Shown one piece after another: positions 52,653 through 64,000 of a stretch of 64,000 nucleotides of DNA. The translations under genes and the position numbers were made by a program. A model generated the notes under the pieces. That model was not told the DNA's origin and did not search any database. It was given only the letters and a program-made list of their open reading frames with translations. Within the stretch, counting starts at the first letter, position 1, and every line of letters starts with the position of its first letter. The DNA comes from Eledone cirrhosa (taxonomy: Eukaryota), in assembly GCA_964016885.1 (NCBI GenBank), contig OZ024740.1, positions 145,266,001 to 145,330,000 on the forward strand. Direction: 5' to 3'.

Positions 52653-55600
52653 GGTTTCTTTATTGGCCACAAGTGCTAACATGAAGAAAAACATTACAGA
52701 CGGCACAGAACGGTACAGGACGATACAAAGTGGGTTTTGGCCGTGTAAAAAAGGTTATAACAAGAAGATAGAAATATCAAAAAATTCAAACAACAAGGAT
52801 TCCCCAATAGGGGGAAACTTCCGAGGGTCACTCGTGGCGAAAACCACACAAAAGACCACGGGAGCAAGCGCCCTCTCTCAGTTTTCCACTCCTCAGTCTA
52901 CAGACGCATATTCAGAGCGGGCCCGTTCACTCGGACCAGACTCGCCACTTTCACCCACCTTTCAACAAACTTATTTGAAGACAGCACTTGTCTCTCCTCC
53001 CTGATTTTCCTCTTCAAGTGAAATTTGAAAAAGTCAATCAGGGATTCGCCGAAGAGGAAAGTGTCCGTCTTCAATCCTTTCAACCTTGTCCACCATACAA
53101 TCTCTTTTGCCATGGCCAACAGGCAGATGAAAATTGCCTGCCCTTCCTCCTCCTTAAAGGAGGACGGCGGGGCTATCTGCACAATCCACTCAGTCGATAA
53201 CCGGATCCGTCCTACACGTGACAGCAAATCTTCAACATAGCTCCACAAGTCAGCAATGTTCGGACACTGAATGAGTGCGTGCACAACGGTTTCGTTGCTC
53301 TGTGTGCATCTCGGACAGGTTCGGCTGACGGCACTTCCGTGCCTGTAGAGCTTATCTCGAACCGGCAACGCTCCCCGGTGGCACTGCCAGACCAGGGATT
53401 TCTGGAAGTTGTCCATAGGCCCCGGGCTGAAAGTTCTCTTGAAGAGAGCGAACAGCTGATCGTCTTCGATGCCTAGGGTCTCCCCAAGAATGTCGTCACT
53501 CTTCCCCTCCACTAGTCCTCTATAGAACGCCGAGGTGGATGTTCCACCGATACTAGTGACCAGCTGATAGAAGGTTGTGAGCGCTTGGAGACATTCTAGC
53601 TTCCAAGCATTATCCCTCGGCCTTTTCCTGATCCAGGACTGCAGCTCCGTTAATGAAACGAGCTGTGGGAAAAACATGCCTGGCAAACGGTGACCACACC
53701 TGTTCACCGTCAAGGAAGCACCAGGGATGTCGTAGCCTCAGCGTGTGTTTGCGCATCATCAGCCACGGCTACCCAGCCCTCCGCGCAACGGGTGTCCCTT
53801 CTATAAAAAGCGGAAGAGGATGCGCTCATTTTTATCAGAGTTGGGCCGGGGCAAGGGACGACGGTGAGGCGGTAGCAGATGACGGATGCGATGTACGCTT
53901 TCGCCACCTCCGGCCGGCCTTTCAGGGACAGCTTCCACTCGGCTCATTTCTGGACGAGGGAGGCCACCCTGTTCGTTACTTCGCTCCAGTTTTTCTCCAT
54001 CTGGAGGTCCGGACCGAACCAGACCCCGAGCAATTTGACCGGTCCTTCCGTCCAGCGCCCACAACGCTGTCGGGCGACATGGACTTGTCTCTCCAGGTGC
54101 CGAGCTGCAAACCCACCGACTTTTCCTGGTTAAACTTTGCTCCTGTCACTGCTTCATATTCCTTGAGAGCGCTGCCGAGCATCTGGACATGTCCGGTGTT
54201 TGACACCACCACGGTGACGTGGTCGGCGTAAGCCGATACGGATCTCTCACATCCCAGTTCGCGTGGGACGTCTCTCATCGCCTCCAATTTGTGCAGTAAC
54301 GACTCTAGGGCCAATACGTACAAGAGTGACGAGCGGGGACAACCCTGACGGACCAAGCGCATGATGCTGAACAGCTGTGACAGATGACCGTTCACCTTCA
54401 CAACTGAGCAGATATCGCTGTGCATCGCAGCGATCCAACCCTTGAAAATGGGCCCGAAACCAGCCGCCTCGAGGACCGCCGCCAGGTACCGATGGTCGAC
54501 CCTATTAATGCCTTAGATTGATCTAAGTTGATCAGGGCCCCACCCGTGCCAGGTTCCTTAACCACCCTCTCTATGATGTATCGCATGATGTGGAGGTTGT
54601 CGTGGATGGATCTGTCTGGAATGGGTCATGTCTGCGCCTCTCCTACCAAATTACCGACGTCGAGCGCCAATCTCGTTGCTAACACCTTTGCTAAAATCTT
54701 GAAGTTTGTGTTTAACAGAGTTATGGGCCTGAAGTTGTCTATAACGTCTCCTTTGTTCGGGTCTTTTCTCAACAGCGCCACCGCTCCCCGGCTCACAAAA
54801 CTGGGAATGCTCCCGTTCTGCTTCCCGTATTTCACCAGCTGTTATCGGCTTTTCCCAATACTGCACTGTGGACGTCGAGAGCTGCAGCAGTCCCTCGCGG
54901 TATGCACTGAAGTTCATACTCCGATCTGGCCCGCCGCCGCTCCCAAACAGTTGAGCAAAGTGCTGCTGAAAAGCCTCACACATCTGCTCGGGTTCGAGTA
55001 ACATGTGCCCGTTTTGGTCAGGAAAGGATTGAATTGTGTCTTTGTTGCCACGTCACGCCTCCACCACCCGGGCCCATTGGACAGCTTTTGTCCCCTCTTG
55101 TCTCAGAGAACGTGCTCTAGCTCTGACAACGCAGCCTTTGTGCTTTGCATTGAAGAATTGGTCGAGTGCCGATCTTGCCGCAAGCACGTCGGTTGCAATG
55201 CCTGTCCTAAACGCTCCTTCTAGCTTTCTAACTAGCTCTCCTTCTACTCTATTTTCCTCTATCTTTACTCCTTTGCTAAACCTTATTGATTCTACTCTAA
55301 TTGCCCTTTTCAGGGTAAACCACCACCTGTTGTTGACGATCGCACCCGTCAACGCACGCTTAACTAATTCGCTTATCCGGTTTCTGTAAGCTTTGTGCGC
55401 CTTATCTGTTTCTCCACACAATACCCTATCTAGATACGATCTGGATGACCCGTTGCGGTTTGCCCATGTCCACATTAGCACATTCGGATAATCCAGTCGA
55501 TACCTGTCAGACAGTTCAAAACGTCTGAGCAGGTTGTTGAGGCTTTTACATCCTCCTCCCTTATTTACTAGCCCCACATATTCCCAGCGTGTATCTAAGA

Positions 55601-57579
55601 TACCGTTCCAGTCACCCATTAACAGTAAAGAACGGAACTTTCCAAGAAAGGTCTCTAGACGTCTGAAGAAATCTGGCCGTCCTGCCCTGTTGGGGCATAG
55701 ACGGCTACTAATCTGAAAGCATTGCCTTCGCTGCCGGTCACGTTCAGCACCACCGACTTACCTTCTGTGTCCAAGAAGATGGCTCGTATCGCGAGATCCA
55801 AGCCTCTCCGAAAAAGCACAGCAACTGCACCCCCCGCTCCCGGACGGCTGGGAGATATGTATACATCGTAGCCGCCGAAGATCGGTGCGAAGGTTCGTGC
55901 TTCGGAGATTCTGGTCTCGCTAATGGCCACCACATCTATGTTTAGTGACCTGAGATCGTTAAGAAAGTGGCTCTGCTTCCAAGATGACCTCCAGGCCACG
56001 TACATTTATACTGCCTATTCTAAGTAAGGCCATGTTCGGTGAGGAATGGAGTAAGTGAAAAAGGATCACCTACCCTGATCGTGTGGGGAAGGGACAGTTG
56101 AACCGTCCCTTTGGCTGGTCAGGGGTGTTTCCAAGATGATGTCGGTGTATATCCTCTTGGTAAATGACCCTCTGAAGTCTCCAACTGCGCTGGGGAATTT
56201 TTCTTTTAAATGTTTGTAATGTTCTATTTTAATTTCAATAATGCTTATATTTTTCGGGAGAGTTCTTGGTGTTGGTGGGGTGTAGTAAATTTTGTCCGTA
56301 ATGTCTGTGTGCTGCTTTATATGTTCTAAGAGTTCTTTATTTGCCAAGTTTATGGCGGTGTAATGTTTTTGGGGTGGTTTGGTTTTGTTGCTGTCTTCTT
56401 GTTGCTGGTGTTGGGTATGTGTGTCTTGTGTTTGCGATGTTGATGTTTGTGGTGATTCCGGTGGTGGTGATGTGGTGGTTGTTGGTGGTGATGCTTGTGG
56501 TGGTGATGGTGGTGGCGTTGCTGCGAGTCGCCTTGCAGCCTTTACCCCTCTTTGTTTGCCTTCGCTTTTGGAGGGTGAAGCTAAGGGTTTTTTTATTTTT
56601 TGTGGCAGACCGTTTGCCACTTCACTCCCGCCTCAGACTCCTTGTCGGATTCCGTGGCATCTGGGAGGTATGTGCTCCATGGCTGTTGGTGGTGGTAGTA
56701 GAGCCCTCTCCGGCGATTTTGTTGCTGGTGCAGCTACTGCAAATGTAGCTACTGGTGTTGCCGCCACTGATACTGCTGCTTTAGTTGTCCGTGGCCTTGG
56801 TACGGGTGCCACGGACGTTGCTCTCCTACTCACCGTGGAAGGGGCTTCTGCGTATGTTGCCTGCCCTACTCTTGGTAGCAGCGGACCAGGCATTCGAAGG
56901 AGCCTGTCTTCGCTGTCTTCTGCGGGCAAAAGGCCTTGAGGTGACCCTTTGACCGACAGAGATAACATTTTGGCCGTCTTCCTTCCACGCTTATAGGGAG
57001 TTGGAGTCCTTCCTCGAGGTCGATGATATCGGGGATAGTGTCGATACACTCCTGGTCAGTTTGTATAAGCATTTGCATGGCTATACCTGACCAGTTCTCT
57101 CTCCCTATGTTCTCTACTTGCAGCATGGTCGCCCTGTCCTCGATTCCAGAAAGGACAGACGCGACTAGCCAAGGTATGGGCACGTCGGGTGGGACCTGGG
57201 TCACTTTGACCCTCAAAATTTTCTGCCCGCAGTAGGAGGGCACCAAGACTATCTCCTCACTCTTTAGGGTTTCCAAAGAGTGAGACTTCGCGTCTTGAGG
57301 GGTCGCGAAAAGTTCGTCCACTGTGGCATACTTTCTGCTTCGGGTGATGTGGGTTTTGTGCGCCCAGACGCACCCCAAGGCCTTTTGGATTTGAGCCTCC
57401 GTGGCTCTCTCCAGCCGATGTGACATTTTGCTTACGGTGCGGTAAGTTACCGTCCGTAGCTGCTGGTCCTTGAAAAAATCGGGTGGAGGTTTCAGGGAAA
57501 CTCTATTGGCGTTTCTTGTCACCATGGCCCTTGCGACTGCCATCTCCTCCTCTGTGGCTAACACTGTTTCGATATTTCG
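52653..57579 (-). mobile_element. Tx1/L1-clade copy E (subfamily 3), truncated within ORF1
   Basis: ORF2 remnant 52898-56033 with internal deletions; ORF1 remnant 56066-57579 with CYLCRSKGHLKAFC; closest to copy C. Confidence 0.93.
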
Positions 57580-57937
57580 TTTGAAAAGGAAAATCATGGT
57601 AGAGAGGGAAGTGCTCTCTTCCCAGCATTTTGTTGAAAGATGGGTGAGAGAAGCAAGAATGGCTCGAGTGAGTATGTGTCTGTAAATTAAATGTGGAAAA
57701 CTGGGAGAGGGCACTTGCCCTGGTGATCAGGGTCACTGTGGCTTTTTAATGGGCTTTCTCCACGAATGTCCCTCGAAAGTTTCCCCCCTACTGGGGAATT
57801 TTTCATTGTTATTTTTTTGTTACATCCTCTGTTTTTTTGTTTTTTACACGCAGAAATGCCCATATGTACCGTCCTGTATTGTCCTGTACTGTCCTTAATG
57901 TCTACTTTATGTAAACCCTTGTGTTTAATAAAGAAAG

Positions 57938-57938
<1 letters not shown>
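57580..57938 (+). mobile_element. Tx1 3'-end fragment, copy G (subfamily 2), inverted relative to the rest of the array
   Basis: LKRKIMVEREVLSSQHFVERWVREARMA plus a B/D-type 3' UTR, AATAAA, then (ATT)n. Confidence 0.92.
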
Positions 57939-57990
<52 letters not shown>

Positions 57991-57992
<2 letters not shown>

Positions 57993-59490
57993 TCTTTATT
58001 ACCCACAAGGGCCGAAACATGAAGGACAATACAAAAACAGGGCCAGTGGTGGTTTACATAAAATCGTGTAACAAAGGATAACAATAAATAATGCAATTAT
58101 AACAATAAAAATTCCCCAATAGGTAGGAGTACCACCCAGGAGTAAAATAGGAGCCCCTAAGATCCTAAACCACCCTAATCTCTAAGAACACCATAGAAGG
58201 GTGTCCATCTCCTCTCGAAATTTTCCAGCCTACAGACGTATGGTCAGAGTAGGCTCACTCCCTCGGTAATTCTCGCTACATTCACTCACCTTTTAACAAC
58301 TGTACTAGGGGGCAGCACCTCCCTATCCAGCCACACCTTCCTTTCCAAGTGGAACTTGAAAAGGTTGATGAAGTCTTGACCGAAGAGGAAAGTGTCTCTC
58401 TTCAGTCCTTTCAGCCACATCAACCACACGACCTCTTTTGCTACAGCCACCAGGCCGAGGAAAACTGCCTGCCCTCCCCGACCAAAAGAAGACAGCTGGG
58501 CGATCTTCACGGTGGACTCGGTCGATAGCCGGATCTATCCTACATTCGATAATAGCTGTTCGACAAAACACCACAAGTTAATGCACGGACATTGGACGGA
58601 TGCGTGCAGAATGGTTTCGTCGTTCCGCGCGTTTCTCGGACAGGTCCGTCTGATAGCACTTCCGTGCCTGTAGAGTTTTTTCTCGAATCAGCAGTACCCC
58701 CAGTAACACTGCAAAGTCAGGGATTTCTGGAAATTGTCCGTAATCGCCCACTCGAAGTTCTCCGAAACACGCAGGCCAATTCGATTTTGTTGACGCCCGA
58801 AATCGTTATCGCATCTGTCCTCTGTAGAACGCTAGAGTGGAATTTCCATTGACCGCATTACCCGATTGGTAAAGCGCAGTGAACGCCTGACAACATTCCA
58901 AAAGCCATGCGCCCAGTCGCCATCTCTTCTTGACCCAGGACAGCGGTTCAGTCAAAGAGACGAGCTTGTTCACAGTTTAAGAATATCTAGAGATGGCGTA
59001 GCCTCAGTTCTTATTCGCCTGGCCCAAACCAGACCCCGAGCAACTTCACCGGTACCTTCGTCCAGTGTCCGACGACGCTGTTGAATTGCATGGATTTGCT
59101 TCTCCAGATACCGACCTGCAAACCCGCCGACTTTCCGGGTTGATCTTTGGTTCCGTCAGCCTTTCATATTCCGCTAAGAAGTTACTGACCATCTCAATTT
59201 TCGAAGTGTTCAACACTATCACGGCGATGTCCTCCGCATAAGCCGACATAGCCCTTCTCCGTCCCCGTTTGAATGGGATACCATGCAACAGCTCCAGATT
59301 CCGCAAAACGGCTCCAGGGTCAGCACATATAGAAGGGAGGTGAGAAGGCATCTTTGACGGACCAAGCGCGTGATCTGAAACGGTTCCGATAAGTGGCCAT
59401 TTTCTCTGACCACCGAGCTGATGCCGCTGTGACCGAAAACGGCTGCCTTGAGGATAGACTCCATGTATCGATAGTTGACCCATCGAAAGC
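57991..59490 (-). mobile_element. Tx1/L1-clade copy F (subfamily 1), old, 5'-truncated, internally deleted
   Basis: 3' UTR resembles A; degenerate RT (AYAED) and C-terminal motifs; homology ends at AFD near 59490. Confidence 0.88.
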
Positions 59491-60142
59491 ATAAAATTCC
59501 CATAAATTCGCTTCTCCAAGTGTCGAAGTGTGTACTTATTTATTTCTATCTCATTTCAACTTCATAATCTTACAAATTGGTACGTACTACCTCGATATTG
59601 CTGTACTGGATTATATTATGGTATAGATGCTATTTGAGTCAGCAACTACCACCGCTTCTCATTTGCATGAATGCTACCCCAAATTCGCCCAAATTCTGAA
59701 GCAAAATCTCAAGAATCAACAAATGCAAGAACCTTGAGAGAAGCTAATTTGTCTAACAGAGTACCCAGTACTGACTTATGGAACAATGTGAAGACAAATC
59801 CTAAACAACCATTCCCATGATTATCTTTCAAATATCAACGTTCGGATACTGAGCAATACTTTCACCTATTCTAAACTGATCAGAACTCTACTGATGCTAT
59901 GGCTATATCCAACCTTTTCTACAGTTATCTCTTCCTTGACGCCAGAGATAAAGATTTAAAACAGGAAGCCCTCTGATAAAATGCCTACTTAAAGAAAACA
60001 ATAAGGGAAGAAGCCAGCAGTGAATACTGCCTGTGCGGTTAGACGCCTATTTTATCCAGTCTTAGTAAACTCCGAAGACATCAACAGACACAAGAACCGG
60101 AAAATTATGTGTGGAACTTTGTTAATATTAGACCTATCCCGG

Positions 60143-60350
60143 GTAGTGGATTGGCAGAATTGGTAGAGTGTCGAATAATATTTGTTCTGGCTCTTTACAT
60201 TCTGAGTTCAAATCTAGCCGAGGTCAACTTTGCCTTACATCATTCTGAGGTCGATAAAATAAAGTAGCAGTCGAATACTGGAGAAGATTTAATCCACCTT
60301 GCCCTATCCTCTACAAGTATGGCTTTGTGCCGAGATTAGAAATCAATGTT
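60143..60350 (+). mobile_element. SINE family 1
   Basis: Head, core and tail. Confidence 0.85.
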
Positions 60351-60504
60351 AGATGTCTTCAGATTAACACAGTGCTAATTTATAGACATGACAAAATATT
60401 TCCCTAAAAGGACTGAAGAATTCTTCTCTGTACAAAAACAAAATCAGATATATAGAAATATTGATTCTGCCATAAATGAGAACACAAATCCCAATAATGA
60501 TTTC

Positions 60505-60705
60505 TAATTCACGCTCAAGACCAGCAATTGGGAGGGAATCGATTATATCGATCCCGGTACTTGACTGGTACTTTATTTTATTGACTCCAGAAGGATGAAA
60601 AGGGAAGTTGACCTTGGTGGGATTTGAAATAGAAAGTAAAGGCCCGGAACAATTACTGCTATGTATTTGTCCAACTTTCAAACGATTCTATAAATCCACT
60701 ACCCT
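60505..60705 (-). mobile_element. SINE family 1
   Basis: Reverse complement of the core. Confidence 0.8.
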
Positions 60706-61293
60706 ACAAGTCCCATTAATAGAGGAAGCGATACAAAAAGAGCAAGATAAGAAAGATGGGGAAAGCAAGAATCTACGAACGTATATTAATTTTACAATTT
60801 CATGTTTTCAAATAAAAATGTAAACGTAACGATGGGTTTTAAAAATATTGGAGTCAGTGGCAATAAAGTTGTGCAGGCGCCTGTAACTAACTAGTAAATA
60901 ACATTAAAGTAAAGCATGTAGTCTCTCTAGTAGACAAAAGGAAACAATAATTACTCCTTTAATACAGGCAAAAAATAAGAGTGAATTAGAGGAAAGAAGA
61001 AAGTATATTTATACCGACAATAACAGCAGGCGTTAATAGATAAAGACAAGATCACTATATCTATTAACTCTACGCTCATAAAAGATTCGTTTGTTCCTTT
61101 TCTTGGTGCAATATGTTTGAAGATTAGCGCAGAATGTGTCCTTTGTTACTTCCTTAAATCATTTATCCAAGCAATATGAATGTTATTTTGAGCGAAGAAT
61201 GATTGTAATGTTACAAAAGTTTAATAAAAATCGCGACCTATGCTAGGAGTATCCTGACGCGTGAAGCTAAAGACGCCCTTGGTTTCACATGGA

Positions 61294-61363
<70 letters not shown>

Positions 61364-62289
61364 CCTTTGACCTTTTTTTTCATTCATGGGGGGGGGGGGG
61401 GCACGAACATGACCTTTTAGCCTTCCTTTCTGTATATGCTGCTGCGAAATAAAAAAGGAAAAGGTCATGCTCACGAAACACCCGTGAAAGCCGTTTGAAC
61501 CTAGTGATGCCTGTGCTTGAAGCTTTTTGAGTGAATACAAGCCTTGCACTGGACTAACCTCACTCTCTGAACAATGGCTGCCATCAAGTTACAGGCTTTA
61601 CATAAGAGTTTCCCCTCTCCTAGAATGATGTACAAACAAGGACTAAGGTTCTCTCACTCCCGATGGGTTAACCGCGCGCTCGGGCACCAAACCTAGTAAT
61701 TCTATCTCCACGCGCATACATACGTACATACATACATACATGGTGGCTGCCAACTAGTTTTCGAGTACGGCCACTACTTTATATCCATGTAGGAGAACCC
61801 CTACCGATGCGCTGAACGAGTGTGACATTTTAGTCCAGCCAGAGACTTGAAAACTCTGGTACAAACACTACACTTGTGACAGTTATTGACACATAGTGCT
61901 GGGTCCATGGTACCATGTGACGACAAGTGCAGAGAGATATCCAGATATAAAGCAATGCCTGTGCCGTGAAGCTTTTATAGTGAGCAAAGGCACTGCACAA
62001 AGCCAGTCCCACTCTCTTAACCAAGTTGATATTTACCAAAAAGAAGAACAGGTCAACATCATTGGATACCATCAGAGTTGCAGGTGTTATATCAGAGTTT
62101 TCCTTCTCCTAGAATTCTGCATTGACAAAGGCTAAGGGGTCATCTCTCCCGGTGATTTTGGATGGCCATTGACTCTTAAGAGCTCTTTTGCCCTTTGACA
62201 GGTTTTGTTTTTAGTCTTGCAGGATGTCCAAAGAAACCTTGGTGGGGCTGCCAGTTTAGTCGCCAACGACCCGACCATGAGGCAGGTTG

Positions 62290-62321
62290 TACATACATAC
62301 ATACATACATACATACATACA

Positions 62322-62354
<33 letters not shown>

Positions 62355-62478
62355 GTATGAGTTGAGCTGTGTAAACAGGAGAAATAAAACTCATAGGTAG
62401 AGATATGTATATTTTCTCATACTGAGAAGTTATACTAGTGACACGAGGACCAGAAATATGCTTAAATGCACTCGTTAA

Positions 62479-62556
<78 letters not shown>
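62290..62556. repeat. (CATA)n at 62290-62350 and (TG)n at 62482-62556
   Basis: Direct reading. Confidence 0.9.
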
Positions 62557-62557
<1 letters not shown>

Positions 62558-62799
62558 ACATGCAAATAGAGAGTCGTGTTTCGAATATGGAAAGTGGGAA
62601 AAATTTCTTTCGACTGAAACTATCCTCAGGTGATAAGAAATAAGTAAGAGAACTTATATAGACTAAGTTTAAACATTTAGAACAATTTTAAACAATTCAG
62701 TTTGAGCGGATCTTATCTATAAACCAACTAAGTGAAAGCAACGGATACGTTTCGATTTTATTAAATCTCTTCAGTGAAGCATATTAGCAAGTCTAGACA

Positions 62800-63130
62800 A
62801 GTTCCAGCTCTTTACGTATTGAGTTCAAATCCGACCGAAGTCAACTTCGCTATTCATCCTTCCGAGGTCGCTAAAATAAAGTACCGGTAAAGTACTAAGA
62901 TCGATTTTATCTACTTACCTCCCCCCAAAAATTATTCATGTATCTTGGTGGATTCGCAGTATCGGTAGAGGGTCTGACGCCATGCTTTGCAGCAAAGAGT
63001 TACGGCTCTTTATGATCTGAGTTCAAATCCCACCACTTTGCCTTTCATCCTTACGGGGGTCAATAAAATAAAACGCCAATAATACACTGGGATAAATGCT
63101 GGCCTTGTGCCAAATATAGAAATAATTATT
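62800..63130 (+). mobile_element. Two tandem SINE family 1 copies
   Basis: Two successive GAGTTCAAATCC..CATCCT..AAAATAAA cores. Confidence 0.8.
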
Positions 63131-63508
63131 CATGTAGCTTTTTATAGCTCTTGTCAGAGGTAACTTTCAAATTTGCGTGTAGTCTGTTCCAATCAAATAT
63201 AAACAGTACAATGCCATTGGGGCTAACTAGAATAAGAAATACTCTGAAATATAGATATGGTCTGTCTCGGTTACTCGATGTCAATAGAATAATATGAATG
63301 TGGAACAGATGAAAGGAATACAAGAATCAAGCAAATATTGTTCTTTGTACTTATTGACAGCGTTCACAAATAAATATGTAACATTTTACTAAACTGTATT
63401 ATATTAATGCACATAAAATATCTTTATATATTTATATGCATACAGCAGAAAACCTTCATAATCTAATGTGTGAGTATGCAGTGACGTTAATGATAGATTT
63501 CTATAAAC

Positions 63509-63561
<53 letters not shown>

Positions 63562-63611
63562 TATATATATACAGTATATATATATATTTTTTTTTTCACA
63601 TATATATATCT

Positions 63612-63759
63612 ACCACGCTACGAGTGGTAGATTGATGCAAATAAATATATCCAGAGAATTTGATATATCAAATTAATGTAGGTACGCATATATATATATA
63701 TATATATATATCAAATTCTCTGGATTTATTTGCAACAATCTATCACTCGTAGCGTTGGT
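63612..63759. repeat. Imperfect inverted repeat (~55-bp arms) around a (TA)n spacer
   Basis: CCACGCTACGAGTGGTAGATTGATGCAAATAAAT..CCAGAGAATTTGATATAT is mirrored at 63706-63759. Confidence 0.8.
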
Positions 63760-64000
63760 GTGATATTATTTATTGCTGAAACCTATTAGGTAATTATCTT
63801 TGAACTTTGACGAACATTTAAGAAATGCATAACTTTATAGAGTGTTTGCTAATGACTGAAAGTTATATTCCTTTCCTATTTTCAATATTTATTTATTTAT
63901 TTCACAATAAAAATGATCATGGCCTCTTTCAGATATACACGAACTTGAAAATCTCTAATCTCAACAGGAGCTGTTTTACATTGAATGATATGCTATTACA

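Noticed and set aside
38688-57236. Long + strand Leu/Val/Gly-rich ORFs (e.g. 45961-46554, 56379-56939)
   Set aside because: Antisense shadows of low-complexity Tx1 ORF1 sequence.
34708-57579. B-C / D-E as one segmental duplication or an assembly duplicate
   Set aside because: B and D have different ORF1 and 5' UTR, and C and E differ by many substitutions and private deletions. An old duplication followed by recombination is not fully excluded.
29753-59490. CRISPR-like or prokaryotic RT (retron, DGR, group II intron) interpretation of the repeat-separated RT units
   Set aside because: The RTs are eukaryotic non-LTR types with APE or RLE domains, and the spacers are simple microsatellites.
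29753-59490. Telomeric retrotransposon array
   Set aside because: No TTAGGG/TTAGG repeats, and ordinary SINE-rich DNA continues on both sides.

Overview
AT-rich, microsatellite- and SINE-dense animal genomic DNA. The repeat content suggests a cephalopod such as Octopus; this is inference, not a database result. No host protein-coding gene could be supported, and most short ORFs in the track are microsatellite or antisense artefacts. The dominant structure is a ~30-kb, GC-richer, SINE-free block (29753-59490) of nine non-LTR retrotransposon copies, with an (AAT)n tract at every junction but one (E/G). Seven copies are Tx1/L1-clade APE-RT elements: three full-length (5.8-6.1 kb), at least three subfamilies, six on the minus strand, all lacking poly(A) and six joined to the microsatellite in the same phase. 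Two copies are R4/Dong-like RT-RLE elements pointing the opposite way. Two unrelated endonuclease classes therefore appear to share one (AAT)n target and build a self-extending array. The flanks hold tRNA-derived SINEs, non-autonomous Helitron-like elements, LINE fragments, a 75-bp MITE, a small RLE tandem ending in (CATA)n, and a 391-bp near-perfect palindrome with a minimal type I hammerhead ribozyme in each arm (Penelope-like).
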